Part shown: piece after piece, positions 18,927 to 26,900 of the stretch
Position numbering within the stretch: the stretch's first letter is position 1
Layout of the letters: the number at the start of each line of letters is the position of its first letter
Assembly: GCA_963788055.1 (NCBI GenBank)
Contig: CAWBFA010000005.1
Coordinates: 233,783-297,782, forward strand
Source of the DNA: an uncultured Actinomycetes bacterium
Lineage (GTDB): Bacteria > Actinomycetota > Thermoleophilia > Gaiellales > Gaiellaceae
DNA: 64,000 nucleotides
Reading direction: 5' to 3'
The notes under the pieces: model-generated
Told to the model about the DNA's origin: nothing
Databases searched by the model: none
What the model saw: only the letters and a program-made list of their open reading frames with translations
Position numbers and translations under genes: made by a program

Positions 18927-19895
18927 CTACAGCTCCTTGTCGATCGTGTAGAGGGGTCGACCCCCGACGTCGCGCTGGATTCTGCCTAGGTACTCCCCGA
19001 CGAGGGCGAGGATGAAGCCCTGGATCCCCAGCACGAAGAGCACGGCGACGCCGCCGAGCAGCGGGCCAGGGAAGTTCCCGCGGTCGATCCACCACCAGAC
19101 GCCGTAGGCCCCGAGCGCGACCGCGAGCAGGCTGCAGACGAGGCCGAGCGCGACGCCGATCCACTGGATCGGCTGCGGCCAGAAGCCGGCGAGGACGTGG
19201 AGCGCGAGCCGAGTCAAGCGAAGGGGCGAGTAGCGCGACCGTCCCTGGCGCGGGGCGTGACCGACGTCGACTTCGACCACGCTCGCCCCGCCTGAGAGGA
19301 TCAGCGCCTTCGTGAACTTCTGCTTGCCGATCGCGCCGAGCATCGGCTCGACGGCACCGCGGCGGTACGCGTTGAACGCGCAGCCGAAGTCCGAGATGTC
19401 GACGCGCGTGAAGCGCCGGAGCATCCCGTTGATCATGCGGCTCGGAAGCGTTCTTCCCCACGAGTCGTGGCGGATCTGACGCCGGCCGCTCGCTACCTCG
19501 GCGCCCGCCTCGACTGCCCGCACGAGCTTCGGGATGTCCTCGGGCTCGTTCTGGAGATCGCCGTCCATCGTGACGAGGATCTCCCCGCGTGCACGGGCGA
19601 GCCCCGCCTGCATCGCGGGGTGCTGGCCGAAGTTGCGCTTGAAGCGGACGACGCGCACCCGCGGGTCGGCATCGTGCAGGTGCTCGAGACGCGCGTACGT
19701 GCCGTCGCGCGAGCCGTCGTCGACGAAGAGGAGCTCGAAGGTTCGGCCGTCCTGCTCGAGCGCAGCGACCGTGCGCCGGTAGAGCTCGTCGACCGTGGCC
19801 TCTTCCTCGAAGATCGGGACGACCACGGAGACGTCCGGCGCGGGCTCCGGCTCGGCGGACGCCGAGGGAACCGCAAACACCTCGGGTTCGGCCAT
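18927..19895 (-). CDS. GT2 polyprenyl-phosphate glycosyltransferase (GtrB/ArnC/DPM1-like)
   Basis: Protein-like part of ORF 18927..20288 from the ATG at 19895. VSVVVPIFEEEATVDEL, FVDDGSRDGT, VTMDGDLQNEPEDIP, and two C-terminal TM helices. Confidence 0.85.
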   Translation of the reverse strand: MAEPEVFAVPSASAEPEPAPDVSVVVPIFEEEATVDELYRRTVAALEQDGRTFELLFVDDGSRDGTYARLEHLHDADPRVRVVRFKRNFGQHPAMQAGLARARGEILVTMDGDLQNEPEDIPKLVRAVEAGAEVASGRRQIRHDSWGRTLPSRMINGMLRRFTRVDISDFGCAFNAYRRGAVEPMLGAIGKQKFTKALILSGGASVVEVDVGHAPRQGRSRYSPLRLTRLALHVLAGFWPQPIQWIGVALGLVCSLLAVALGAYGVWWWIDRGNFPGPLLGGVAVLFVLGIQGFILALVGEYLGRIQRDVGGRPLYTIDKEL

Positions 19896-19923
19896 CGTCG
19901 GGCTGAGCCTACACTCAGGCCGC

Positions 19924-20634
19924 GTGGCGAAGACCTTCGCGCCCGGTGACCCCATCGTCGTCCGCCACGTCCGGCGCGGCAGCACGTTCATGCTCTGGTC
20001 GGCGGTGGCGGTGCGCGACGACGAGGAGCTGCTCGCGCTCTGGATCCCGCCGGGCGCGCCGTGCCTGCGGCCGAAGGTTCGCGCCGAGCTGCCGTACGAA
20101 CAGCCGCTCGTCGAGCGTCCATGGCGCGAGCCCGGCGTGCTGCAGCTCTGGCCGGCCGGCGCGGCGCACGCCGTCTGGGTCTTCGAGCACGGCTGGTACG
20201 TGAACCTGCAGGAGCCGTTTCGCCGTTCGGAGTTCGGAGTCGACACGGCGGACCAGCTGCTCGACCTCGTTCGCAGCGGTGAGGGCAAGTGGCGCTGGAA
20301 GGACGAGGACGAGCTCGCGGCTGCGGTCGAGCGGGGCTACCTCTCGGAAGACGAGGCGCGCGCGATCCGTGCCGAGGCCGAGCGCGTGATCGCGGCGGAC
20401 TCGTTCCCGACGGGCTGGGAGGACTGGGAACCGGACCCGTCGTGGCCGGCTCCCAGCTCTTCCTGCTCGGCGTCCTCTAGGCGGCTTCGGCGAGCGCGGG
20501 CTCGGCGACTGCGGCCTCGTCGCGCGCGCTTGCCCGGGATCGCGAGCGCCGCGAGTGCACCGGCCGCGACGACGATCGCGCCGACCCACGTCGCGACGAC
20601 GAGACCGTCGTTGAACGTCTCGGGCGAGGCGTAA
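19924..20634 (+). CDS. DUF402 (FomD-like) domain protein; 3' end doubtful
   Basis: Protein-like from the GTG at 19924 (VAKTFAPGDPIVVRHV ... VFEHGWYVNLQEPFRRSEFGVDTADQLLDLV). After about 20455 third-position GC collapses in this frame. Frame 0 keeps GC3 to a TAG at 20478..20480, so the true end may be 20480 after a -1-type frame change. Confidence 0.6.
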   Translation: MAKTFAPGDPIVVRHVRRGSTFMLWSAVAVRDDEELLALWIPPGAPCLRPKVRAELPYEQPLVERPWREPGVLQLWPAGAAHAVWVFEHGWYVNLQEPFRRSEFGVDTADQLLDLVRSGEGKWRWKDEDELAAAVERGYLSEDEARAIRAEAERVIAADSFPTGWEDWEPDPSWPAPSSSCSASSRRLRRARARRLRPRRARLPGIASAASAPAATTIAPTHVATTRPSLNVSGEA

Positions 20635-21899
20635 CCGCCGTAGCGCGAGAACACCGACGCCAGCACCGCGACGCCGAAGACCCCGCCGACCTCGCGCACC
20701 GCACTGTTCGCGCCGGACGCCTTGCCCTCCTCGGCCGGGCTGACCGTGCTGAGGATGACGTTCGCCATCGGGGCGAAGAACATCCCCATCCCGATGCCCG
20801 ACAGAATGAAGGGACCGACGAGTGACGCGTAGCCGACCGTGGCGGTCGAGGCGGCGGCGATCCACGCCAGCCCGACCGCCTGGAGCGCCAGCCCTGTCGC
20901 GAGGATCGGCCGCGAGCCGATCCTGTCGGAGAGCGCGCCGGCGATCGGCGCGACGATCATCGGCATCGCCGTCCAGGGCAGCACGCGCAGGCCGGCCTCG
21001 AGCGGCGAGTAGCCCTGCGCGGTCTGGAAGAACTGCGTCAGCAGGAAGATCGAGCCGAACATGCCGAACGACATCGCGAGCGACGCGCCGTTCGCGGCCG
21101 AGAAGCCGCGGTTGCGGAAGAAACGCATCGGAAGCATCGGCTGCGGGGTGCGGACCTCCCACGCGACGAACGCGACGAGCAACGCGACTCCGGCGACGAG
21201 CGAGCCGACGATCGACGGGCTCGCCCAGCCGTCGCCGTTGCCGTTCACGAGGCCCCAGACGACGCCGAGCAGTCCTGCGCTCACGAGCGCGAGCCCCGGC
21301 AGGTCGAGCGCCTTCTCCGGTCCGTGGCTCTCGCGCAGCTGCGTGATCGCCAGCGGGACGAGCGCGATCCCGACGGGGACGTTGAGCCAGAAGACCCATT
21401 GCCAGGAAATGCCTTCGATCACGGCGCCTCCGACCAGTGGCCCGCTGGCGATCGCGATGCCGCCGACCGCGCCCCAGATCCCGAGCGCGACGCCGCGACG
21501 CGCGGCGGGGAATGCGTCGGAGAGGATCGTCAGCGTGAGGGGCATCACGAGCGCGCCGCCGAGGCCCTGCGCCGCGCGGGCGGCGATGAGCGCGTCCATC
21601 GAAGGTGCGAGCGCGGCCGCCGCTGAGGCGACGGTGAAGAGCGTGATCCCCGTGGCGAACATCCGCCGCCGTCCGAACCGGTCGCCGAGCGCGGCGCCCG
21701 TCAAGAGGAACACGGCAAAGGTGAGGGTGTAGGCGTTCACCGTCCACTCGAGCTCCTCGATCGAAGCGCCGAGGTCGACCCGGATCACCGGGAGCGCCGT
21801 CGACACGACGAGGTTGTCGAGGACGACCATGAAGAGGCCGACGGAGGTGATCGCCAGCGTCCAGAGCATCCGCGCCCTAGGTCCGGTCTTGTCGAACAT
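20337..21899 (-). CDS. MFS transporter, DHA2 (EmrB/QacA-like, 14 TM); 3' end doubtful
   Basis: The start ATG at 21899 is preceded by GGAAGGAGCAGGACG (SD). LAITSVGLFMVVLDNLVVSTALPVI...GDRFGRRRMF. After about 20528 the as-read frame loses GC3. A +1-shifted frame (..RDEAAVAEPALAEAA*) keeps it and stops at 20477. Confidence 0.8.
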   Translation of the reverse strand: MFDKTGPRARMLWTLAITSVGLFMVVLDNLVVSTALPVIRVDLGASIEELEWTVNAYTLTFAVFLLTGAALGDRFGRRRMFATGITLFTVASAAAALAPSMDALIAARAAQGLGGALVMPLTLTILSDAFPAARRGVALGIWGAVGGIAIASGPLVGGAVIEGISWQWVFWLNVPVGIALVPLAITQLRESHGPEKALDLPGLALVSAGLLGVVWGLVNGNGDGWASPSIVGSLVAGVALLVAFVAWEVRTPQPMLPMRFFRNRGFSAANGASLAMSFGMFGSIFLLTQFFQTAQGYSPLEAGLRVLPWTAMPMIVAPIAGALSDRIGSRPILATGLALQAVGLAWIAAASTATVGYASLVGPFILSGIGMGMFFAPMANVILSTVSPAEEGKASGANSAVREVGGVFGVAVLASVFSRYGGYASPETFNDGLVVATWVGAIVVAAGALAALAIPGKRARRGRSRRARARRSRLEDAEQEELGAGHDGSGSQSSQPVGNESAAITRSASARIARASSSER

Positions 21900-21927
21900 C
21901 GTCCTGCTCCTTCCGGTGTCGCTGTCT

Positions 21928-21949
21928 AGGTACTGATTCATCACTTACT
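21928..21949. promoter_or_regulatory. degenerate copy of the TetR operator between tetR and the MFS gene
   Basis: ATCACTTACT (21940..21949) is identical to one half-site of the perfect palindrome at 22545..22562. The partner half is a 7/10 match with 2 extra spacer nt. Confidence 0.45.
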
Positions 21950-21979
21950 TCCAGACGAAAAAAGAGAGGCTCGTCTTCC

Positions 21980-22534
21980 TTACGCGTCGGCCCTGCAGCC
22001 GTCGATCAGCCGGAGCGCCCACGGCTCGTCGGAGTTGAGGAGGTCCATCGAGGCGACGACGTTCAGGAGCATCCCCTTGGCGAAGAAGCGGCTGAGCTCG
22101 GCGGGCCCGACGCCCGACACGCGCTCCGTCCAGGTGAAGAGGTCGCCGTAGCCCTCGCGAACGACGGCCCGGATCTCCGGGTCGTCGCAGGAGGCGTAGG
22201 CCTGCATCTGCGCCATCAGCCGGCTCCGATCGGCCAACAGCCCCATGTAGGCCTCGCCCATCGCCTTCAGCGCCTCCTCGCCCCGCTTGCCCTCGGCCGC
22301 CCGCTGGAACGTCTCGAGCGTCTCGCGGAAGCAGCGCCGGAGGTTCGCGATGAAGAGCTCCTTCTTCGTGCCGAAGAGGCGGAAGAGATAGGGCTGCGAG
22401 ATCCCGGCCCGCTCGGCGATCGTCTCGGTGGACGTGCCGTGGTAGCCGGTCGAGGCGAACTCGATGAGCGCCGCCTCGAGGATCGCCTCACGACGTTCCT
22501 CGGCGGACATCCGGGTGGCCGTCGTGCTGCTCAC
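21980..22534 (-). CDS. TetR/AcrR family transcriptional regulator
   Basis: 184-aa ORF. HTH region ILEAALIEFASTGYHGTSTETIAERAGISQPYLFRLFGTKKELF. Alternative start ATG at 22510. Directly upstream of, and co-oriented with, the MFS gene. Confidence 0.9.
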   Translation of the reverse strand: MSSTTATRMSAEERREAILEAALIEFASTGYHGTSTETIAERAGISQPYLFRLFGTKKELFIANLRRCFRETLETFQRAAEGKRGEEALKAMGEAYMGLLADRSRLMAQMQAYASCDDPEIRAVVREGYGDLFTWTERVSGVGPAELSRFFAKGMLLNVVASMDLLNSDEPWALRLIDGCRADA

Positions 22535-22544
22535 GAGGCGTGAT

Positions 22545-22562
22545 AGTAAGTGATCACTTACT
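22545..22562. promoter_or_regulatory. perfect 18-bp palindrome, probable TetR operator
   Basis: AGTAAGTGATCACTTACT is its own reverse complement. It lies 10-35 nt upstream of the candidate tetR starts in a locally AT-rich patch and overlaps the stop codon (22554..22556) of the epimerase gene. Confidence 0.7.
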
Positions 22563-23528
22563 GCTTGTCAAGGCCCGGCTGCGGTACCAGGCGACCGTCC
22601 GGTCGAGCCCCTCGTCCAGCTCCACCCGCGACTCGAAGCCGAGGAGTTCCCGGGCCTTGTCGACGTTGGGGATGCGCAACTCGACGTCGGTGTAGTGGAG
22701 CGGGCGGAAGACGATCTCGCCCGATGCCTCGGTCGCGCGTTTGATCCGCTGTGCGAGGTCGTAGATCGTGACCGCCGAACGTGCGTTGCCGATGTTGAAG
22801 CTTTCGCCGACCGCGTTCGGGTGCTCCAGCGCCAAGAGCGTCCCCTCGACCATGTCGTCGACGTAGCACCAGGCGCGGATCTGCGAGCCGTCTCCGTGGA
22901 TCGTCAGGTCTTCACCGGCGAGGGCGGCCTCGATGAACGCACGGATCGCGCCGCCGCCCATCTGCTCGGGGCCGTACACGTTGAAGGGGCGGACCGACGT
23001 CGTCGGCAGGCCGAGCTCGGCGTGGTAGGCGTGCGCCATGTGCTCGCCCGCGAGCTTCGAGACCGCGTAGGTCCAGCGCGCCTCGCCGACCGAGCCGGTG
23101 ACGCTCACGCTCGTCTCGGCGACGCGGAAGGCCTGCGAGCCGAACACTTCGCTCGTCGAGAAGTCGACGAGCCGCTCGAGCGTGTCCTGTGTCGAGAGCC
23201 CCGCCTCGAGCACGTTGTACGTGCCGATCACGTTGACGCGCATGGTGCGCACCGGGCTCTCGAGCACCGTGTCGACGCCTGCGATGCCGGCGCAGTGGAC
23301 GATGTGCGTCACACCCTGCGCGAGCGCACGAAGCGCGTCGGCGTCAAGGACGTCCCCCTGGTGGAAGGTGAGGTTCGGGTGCTCCAGGAGGTCGCTCCGC
23401 GAGAGCGCGTCGCGGTGGAGGTTGTCGACCGCGACGATCTCGTTTCGGTCCACGAGCTGACGCGCGAGCGTCGTGCCGATGAACCCCGCGCCACCGGTGA
23501 TCAAGATGCGCTTGCCTTCGAGCGCCAC
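22554..23528 (-). CDS. NAD-dependent NDP-sugar epimerase/dehydratase (SDR)
   Basis: 324-aa ORF. KRILITGGAGFIGTTLARQLV, YAVSKLAGEHMAHAY (YxxxK), GDGSQIRAWCYVDDMVEG. Confidence 0.85.
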   Translation of the reverse strand: MALEGKRILITGGAGFIGTTLARQLVDRNEIVAVDNLHRDALSRSDLLEHPNLTFHQGDVLDADALRALAQGVTHIVHCAGIAGVDTVLESPVRTMRVNVIGTYNVLEAGLSTQDTLERLVDFSTSEVFGSQAFRVAETSVSVTGSVGEARWTYAVSKLAGEHMAHAYHAELGLPTTSVRPFNVYGPEQMGGGAIRAFIEAALAGEDLTIHGDGSQIRAWCYVDDMVEGTLLALEHPNAVGESFNIGNARSAVTIYDLAQRIKRATEASGEIVFRPLHYTDVELRIPNVDKARELLGFESRVELDEGLDRTVAWYRSRALTSSK

Positions 23529-23561
23529 GCGGCAACTCTACCCCCGCTACCCTGACGGCCT

Positions 23562-23900
23562 ATGGCCGCTCTCGCCGCCGCCGTGACCGCGCTCACGATC
23601 ACGGTCTGGCCGCAGGGGCTCGACGGACCGTCGCAGCGGTGGACGCTGCGGTGCGGGCCGACCGGTGGGACCTTGCCCGCGCGCGTCGCCGCGTGCCGGA
23701 GGCTCGAAGCGCTGTCATCGCCCTTCCGGCCGGTGCCGAAGGATGCGGTCTGCACCCAGATCTACGGCGGACCGGCGGTGGCCGTCGTGACCGGCGACTT
23801 CCGCGGGAAGCACGTCTGGGCCCGGTTCCGCCGGCGCGACGGCTGCGAGATCGACCGTTGGCAGCGGTTGCGACCGCTTCTCCCCGCTGCGGGCGCGTAG
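23562..23900 (+). CDS. subtilisin-inhibitor-like (SSI fold) small protein without a recognisable signal peptide
   Basis: 112-aa ORF. Pattern LTITVWP..G....WTLRCGPTGGTLP....ACRRL.....PFRPVP.DAVCTQIYGGP..AVVTGDFRGKHVWARFRRRDGCE matches the SSI four-Cys layout. An in-frame TGA at 23553 prevents any N-terminal extension. Confidence 0.55.
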   Translation: MAALAAAVTALTITVWPQGLDGPSQRWTLRCGPTGGTLPARVAACRRLEALSSPFRPVPKDAVCTQIYGGPAVAVVTGDFRGKHVWARFRRRDGCEIDRWQRLRPLLPAAGA

Positions 23901-23912
23901 CGTTTCGCCGTC

Positions 23913-25122
23913 GTGAAGACGGTTCTCTTCGTCGGCGCAGGCCGGCACCAGCGGCGCGCGATCGCCCAGGCGCGCGCGAGTGGCCTTCGCGTCGTCGCGG
24001 TCGACCGCAACCCCGACGCGCCCGGGCTCGCCGAGGCGGACGTCGCCGAGGTCGTCGACTTCAGCGACGTCGAGGCCGTGATCGAGGTCGGCCGCCGCCA
24101 TGCGGTCGACGGCGTGCTCACGATCTCGGCAGACCGCGCCGTGCCGGTCGTGGCGGCGGTCGCCGAGGCGCTCGGCCTGCCCGGGATCGGCACCGAGACG
24201 GCGTACGTGATGACGCAGAAGATCGCGATGCGGCGCGTGCTCGCCGAAGCGGGTGTCCCGCAGCCGGAGTTCGCCGCGGTGCGGAACGTCCACGAGGGGT
24301 ACGCCGCTCTCGAGCGGGTCGGCCTGCCCGCGGTGCTGAAGCCGGCGGACTCGGGCGGCCAGCGTGGCGTCTTCCGGCTCGAGACCGCGGACGACTTGGA
24401 GCGGCACCTGCACGTCGCGCTCGGGGAGTCCCCGACCGACGAGGCGATCGTCGAGGCGTACGTCGAGGGTCTCGAGCTGAACGGGCTCGTGATCGTGCGC
24501 GACGGTGAGGCGTTCCCGCTCACGCTCTCCGACCGTTTGCGTCCGCCCGGAGTCGGCTTCGGCGTCGGCTGGATCCACGTCTACCCTGCGACGATCTACG
24601 GCGACCAGCTCGAGGAGGCGGAACGCGTCGCCGTGCACGCCGTCCATGCGCTCGGGCTGCGCAACGGGATTGCGTTCCCTCAGCTCCTGGCAACGGACGA
24701 CGGGCGCGTGCTCGTGATCGAGGTCGCGGCGCGGATCCCCGGAGGCCAGATGGCAGACCTTGCGCGTCACGCGGTGGGCGTCGACCTCATCGAGATCGCG
24801 CTGAGGCAGGCGCTCGGCGAGGACGTTCCCGACGACGTGGCGCGACCGCGATTCACAGCAGCCGCTCGCGATCCGCTTCCTCACCGCATCGCCGGGCCCG
24901 CTTCCCACAGGAACGGTGACCGAGATCGGGAGCCTCGAGAAGGTGAGCGCGTTTCCGGGAGTCGTGCAGGCCGACCTCTATCTCACGGTCGGTGAGACGA
25001 TCCGGCCCGTGCGGCTCGACGGTGACCGGCGTGGCTACGTGATCGCGGTCGCGGACACGAACGTGGAGGCGCTCGAGCGGGCGGAGGCGGCGGCGCAGCT
25101 CGTGGACGTGGTGGTCGAGTGA
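23913..25122 (+). CDS. ATP-grasp ligase, interrupted by an apparent +1 frame change near 24850-24856
   Basis: ORF 23913..24995 is protein-like up to ..DDVARPRF. The family-typical C-terminus (QQPLAIRFLTASPGPLPTGTVTEIGSLEKVSAFPGVVQADLYL..) continues in the +1 frame (ORF 24916..25122). Its stop is overlapped by the GTG of the next gene. Confidence 0.8.
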
Positions 25123-25760
25123 TCTGCACGTTCGACCTGGTGCACTACCACGAGCTGCTCGACGCGGCGACGGCGGGCGGCTACCGGTACGCGACGTTCG
25201 ACCGCTCGCCGCTGCCGGGAGACCTGTTTCTCCGCCACGACGTCGACCTGTCGCTCGACGCGGCGCTGCGGCTGGCCGAGCTCGAGGCCGACGCTGGCGC
25301 CCAGGCCACCTACTTCCTGATGACGCGGAGCATCTTCTACAACCTCGCGTCGGAGGAGGGCGAACGCGCGCTCGCACGCCTGCGCGAGCTCGGACACCGA
25401 GTCGGACACCACGCGGTGAACCCGAACCTCGACCTCGACGCGCGGTTCGACCCGGTCGTCGCGTGGCACAACCCGAACCCCGAGTTCATGGCCGGACTCG
25501 TCGAGGGTGCTGTCAACGTGATGTCCGACCCGTGGTTCTCGCGGGACCACTACCGCTCCGACTCGAACCAGCACTGGCGCTCGGGCTGCCCCCATGCGGA
25601 GCTCGCCCAGGGCGAGTTCGAGTGGCTCCAGCTCCTCACGCATCCCGAGATCTGGGTCTACCCGGGCGAGACGATGCGCGAGACGATGCTCGCAATGCTC
25701 GACGCGGAGCGCGAGCTCGACCTCAAACGCCTCGCCGCCGACCGGATCGACTTGACGTGA
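25119..25760 (+). CDS. polysaccharide-deacetylase-like (NodB-homology-like) protein
   Basis: 213-aa ORF. FLRHDVDLSLDAALRLAELEADAGAQATYFLM resembles the deacetylase family core. GTGA overlaps at both ends. Confidence 0.5.
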   Translation: MICTFDLVHYHELLDAATAGGYRYATFDRSPLPGDLFLRHDVDLSLDAALRLAELEADAGAQATYFLMTRSIFYNLASEEGERALARLRELGHRVGHHAVNPNLDLDARFDPVVAWHNPNPEFMAGLVEGAVNVMSDPWFSRDHYRSDSNQHWRSGCPHAELAQGEFEWLQLLTHPEIWVYPGETMRETMLAMLDAERELDLKRLAADRIDLT

Positions 25761-26785
25761 GGGACCTGACAGTCCTCGTCACAGCGTCCGGATCGCCGGG
25801 CACCGCCGCGCTCGTGCGCGCGCTGCGCGAGAACGGCGAGCGCCGCGTGCGCCTCGTGGGGACCGACATGGCGGAGCTCGCGGTCGGGCGGCACCTGTGC
25901 GACGCGTTCCACGTCGTACCGGCCGGCACCGATCCGGGGTTCGCCGACGCGATCATCGACGTGACCGAGCGCGAGGGAGTCGATCTGGTTCTACCGCAGT
26001 CGTCGTACGACCTCCCCGGGCTCGCCGCCGCTCGCGAGCGCGTTCCTTGCGCAGTGCTGGTGGCGTCGCCGGAGGCAGTGCGCCGTTGCAACGACAAGGC
26101 GGAGACGTACGCGCTCCTCGACGCGATCGGAGCACCGGGCCCGGCCTGGCGACGAGCGCGAGGCCGCGCGGCGGTCGAAGCCGCCGCGTACGAGCTCGGC
26201 TACCCCGGCAAGGAGGTCGCGGTGAAGCCGCTGGAGTCGTCCGGATCCCGGGGCTTCCGGATTCTCTCCGCCAGCGCGGATCCGCTGCAGGAGCTCCTGA
26301 CGAGCCGTCCCGGAGTCGCTCCCGCGATGCAGCTCGAGGAGCTCGCAGCGCTGCTTCCCGACGAAGCAGGCCCGGAGCTCCTCGTGATGGAGCTCGCGCG
26401 CGGCAAGGAGCGCACGATCGACGGCGTCGCGCTCGGAGGCCGGATCGTCCTCGGCCATCCCAAGACGCGCGAGGCGATGCGCGCCGGCCTCGCGATGTAC
26501 TTCGAGACGCTCGACGACCCCGCGCTGATGGACGTCGCGGCTGCGATCGTCCGCGAACTCGAGCTCGACCACTTCTTCAACATCCAGCTCGTCGGCGACA
26601 CGGTGATCGAGATCAACCCGCGCATCTCGACCGTCGTCTACCAGGAGGACTTGAACCTCCCGTACCTCGGGGTGAAGCTCGCGCTCGGCGAGCTCGACGA
26701 AGACGACCTCGGCGCCGAGGCAGCAAAGATCCGCCCGACCCGACGAGCCCTGCGCTTCTTCGACCAGGTCGAATGGGACGAGTGA
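25757..26785 (+). CDS. ATP-grasp ligase
   Basis: Protein-like part of ORF 25463..26785 from the GTG at 25757, which overlaps the previous TGA. VLVTASGSPGTAALVRAL, VAVKPLESSGSRGFRIL, FFNIQLVGDTVIEINPRISTVV. Confidence 0.8.
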   Translation: MRDLTVLVTASGSPGTAALVRALRENGERRVRLVGTDMAELAVGRHLCDAFHVVPAGTDPGFADAIIDVTEREGVDLVLPQSSYDLPGLAAARERVPCAVLVASPEAVRRCNDKAETYALLDAIGAPGPAWRRARGRAAVEAAAYELGYPGKEVAVKPLESSGSRGFRILSASADPLQELLTSRPGVAPAMQLEELAALLPDEAGPELLVMELARGKERTIDGVALGGRIVLGHPKTREAMRAGLAMYFETLDDPALMDVAAAIVRELELDHFFNIQLVGDTVIEINPRISTVVYQEDLNLPYLGVKLALGELDEDDLGAEAAKIRPTRRALRFFDQVEWDE

Positions 26786-26792
26786 GCGGGCG

Positions 26793-26842
26793 CCCCGCGA
26801 GCCCCGCCCCCACCCACTCACCCCCCACCCTCCCTTTGGGGG
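26793..26842. other. dense C-tract block (G-quadruplex-prone on the minus strand)
   Basis: Seven C-runs of 3-6 nt within 26793..26834 (cccc g cccc g ccccc a ccc actca cccccc a ccc t ccc), followed by TTT GGGGG. It lies in the 115-nt gap between the ATP-grasp and GT genes. Confidence 0.6.
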
Positions 26843-26900
26843 AACAGAGTGGCGCGCTTCGAGCCTACCCGCCGAGGTGTGACGCGTTTGTGCGCGGATC

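Noticed and set aside
21945-21979. Rho-independent terminator between tetR and the MFS gene (AGACGA...TCGTCT with a T-run)
   Set aside because: The stem is only 6 bp, and the T-run lies inside the loop rather than after the stem on the coding strand. The genes are more likely co-transcribed, with an internal operator-like site.
26835-26842. Intrinsic terminator after the ATP-grasp gene formed by CCC TTT GGGGG
   Set aside because: The stem is only 3-4 bp and no U-tract follows. The notable feature there is the C-tract block itself, not a canonical terminator.
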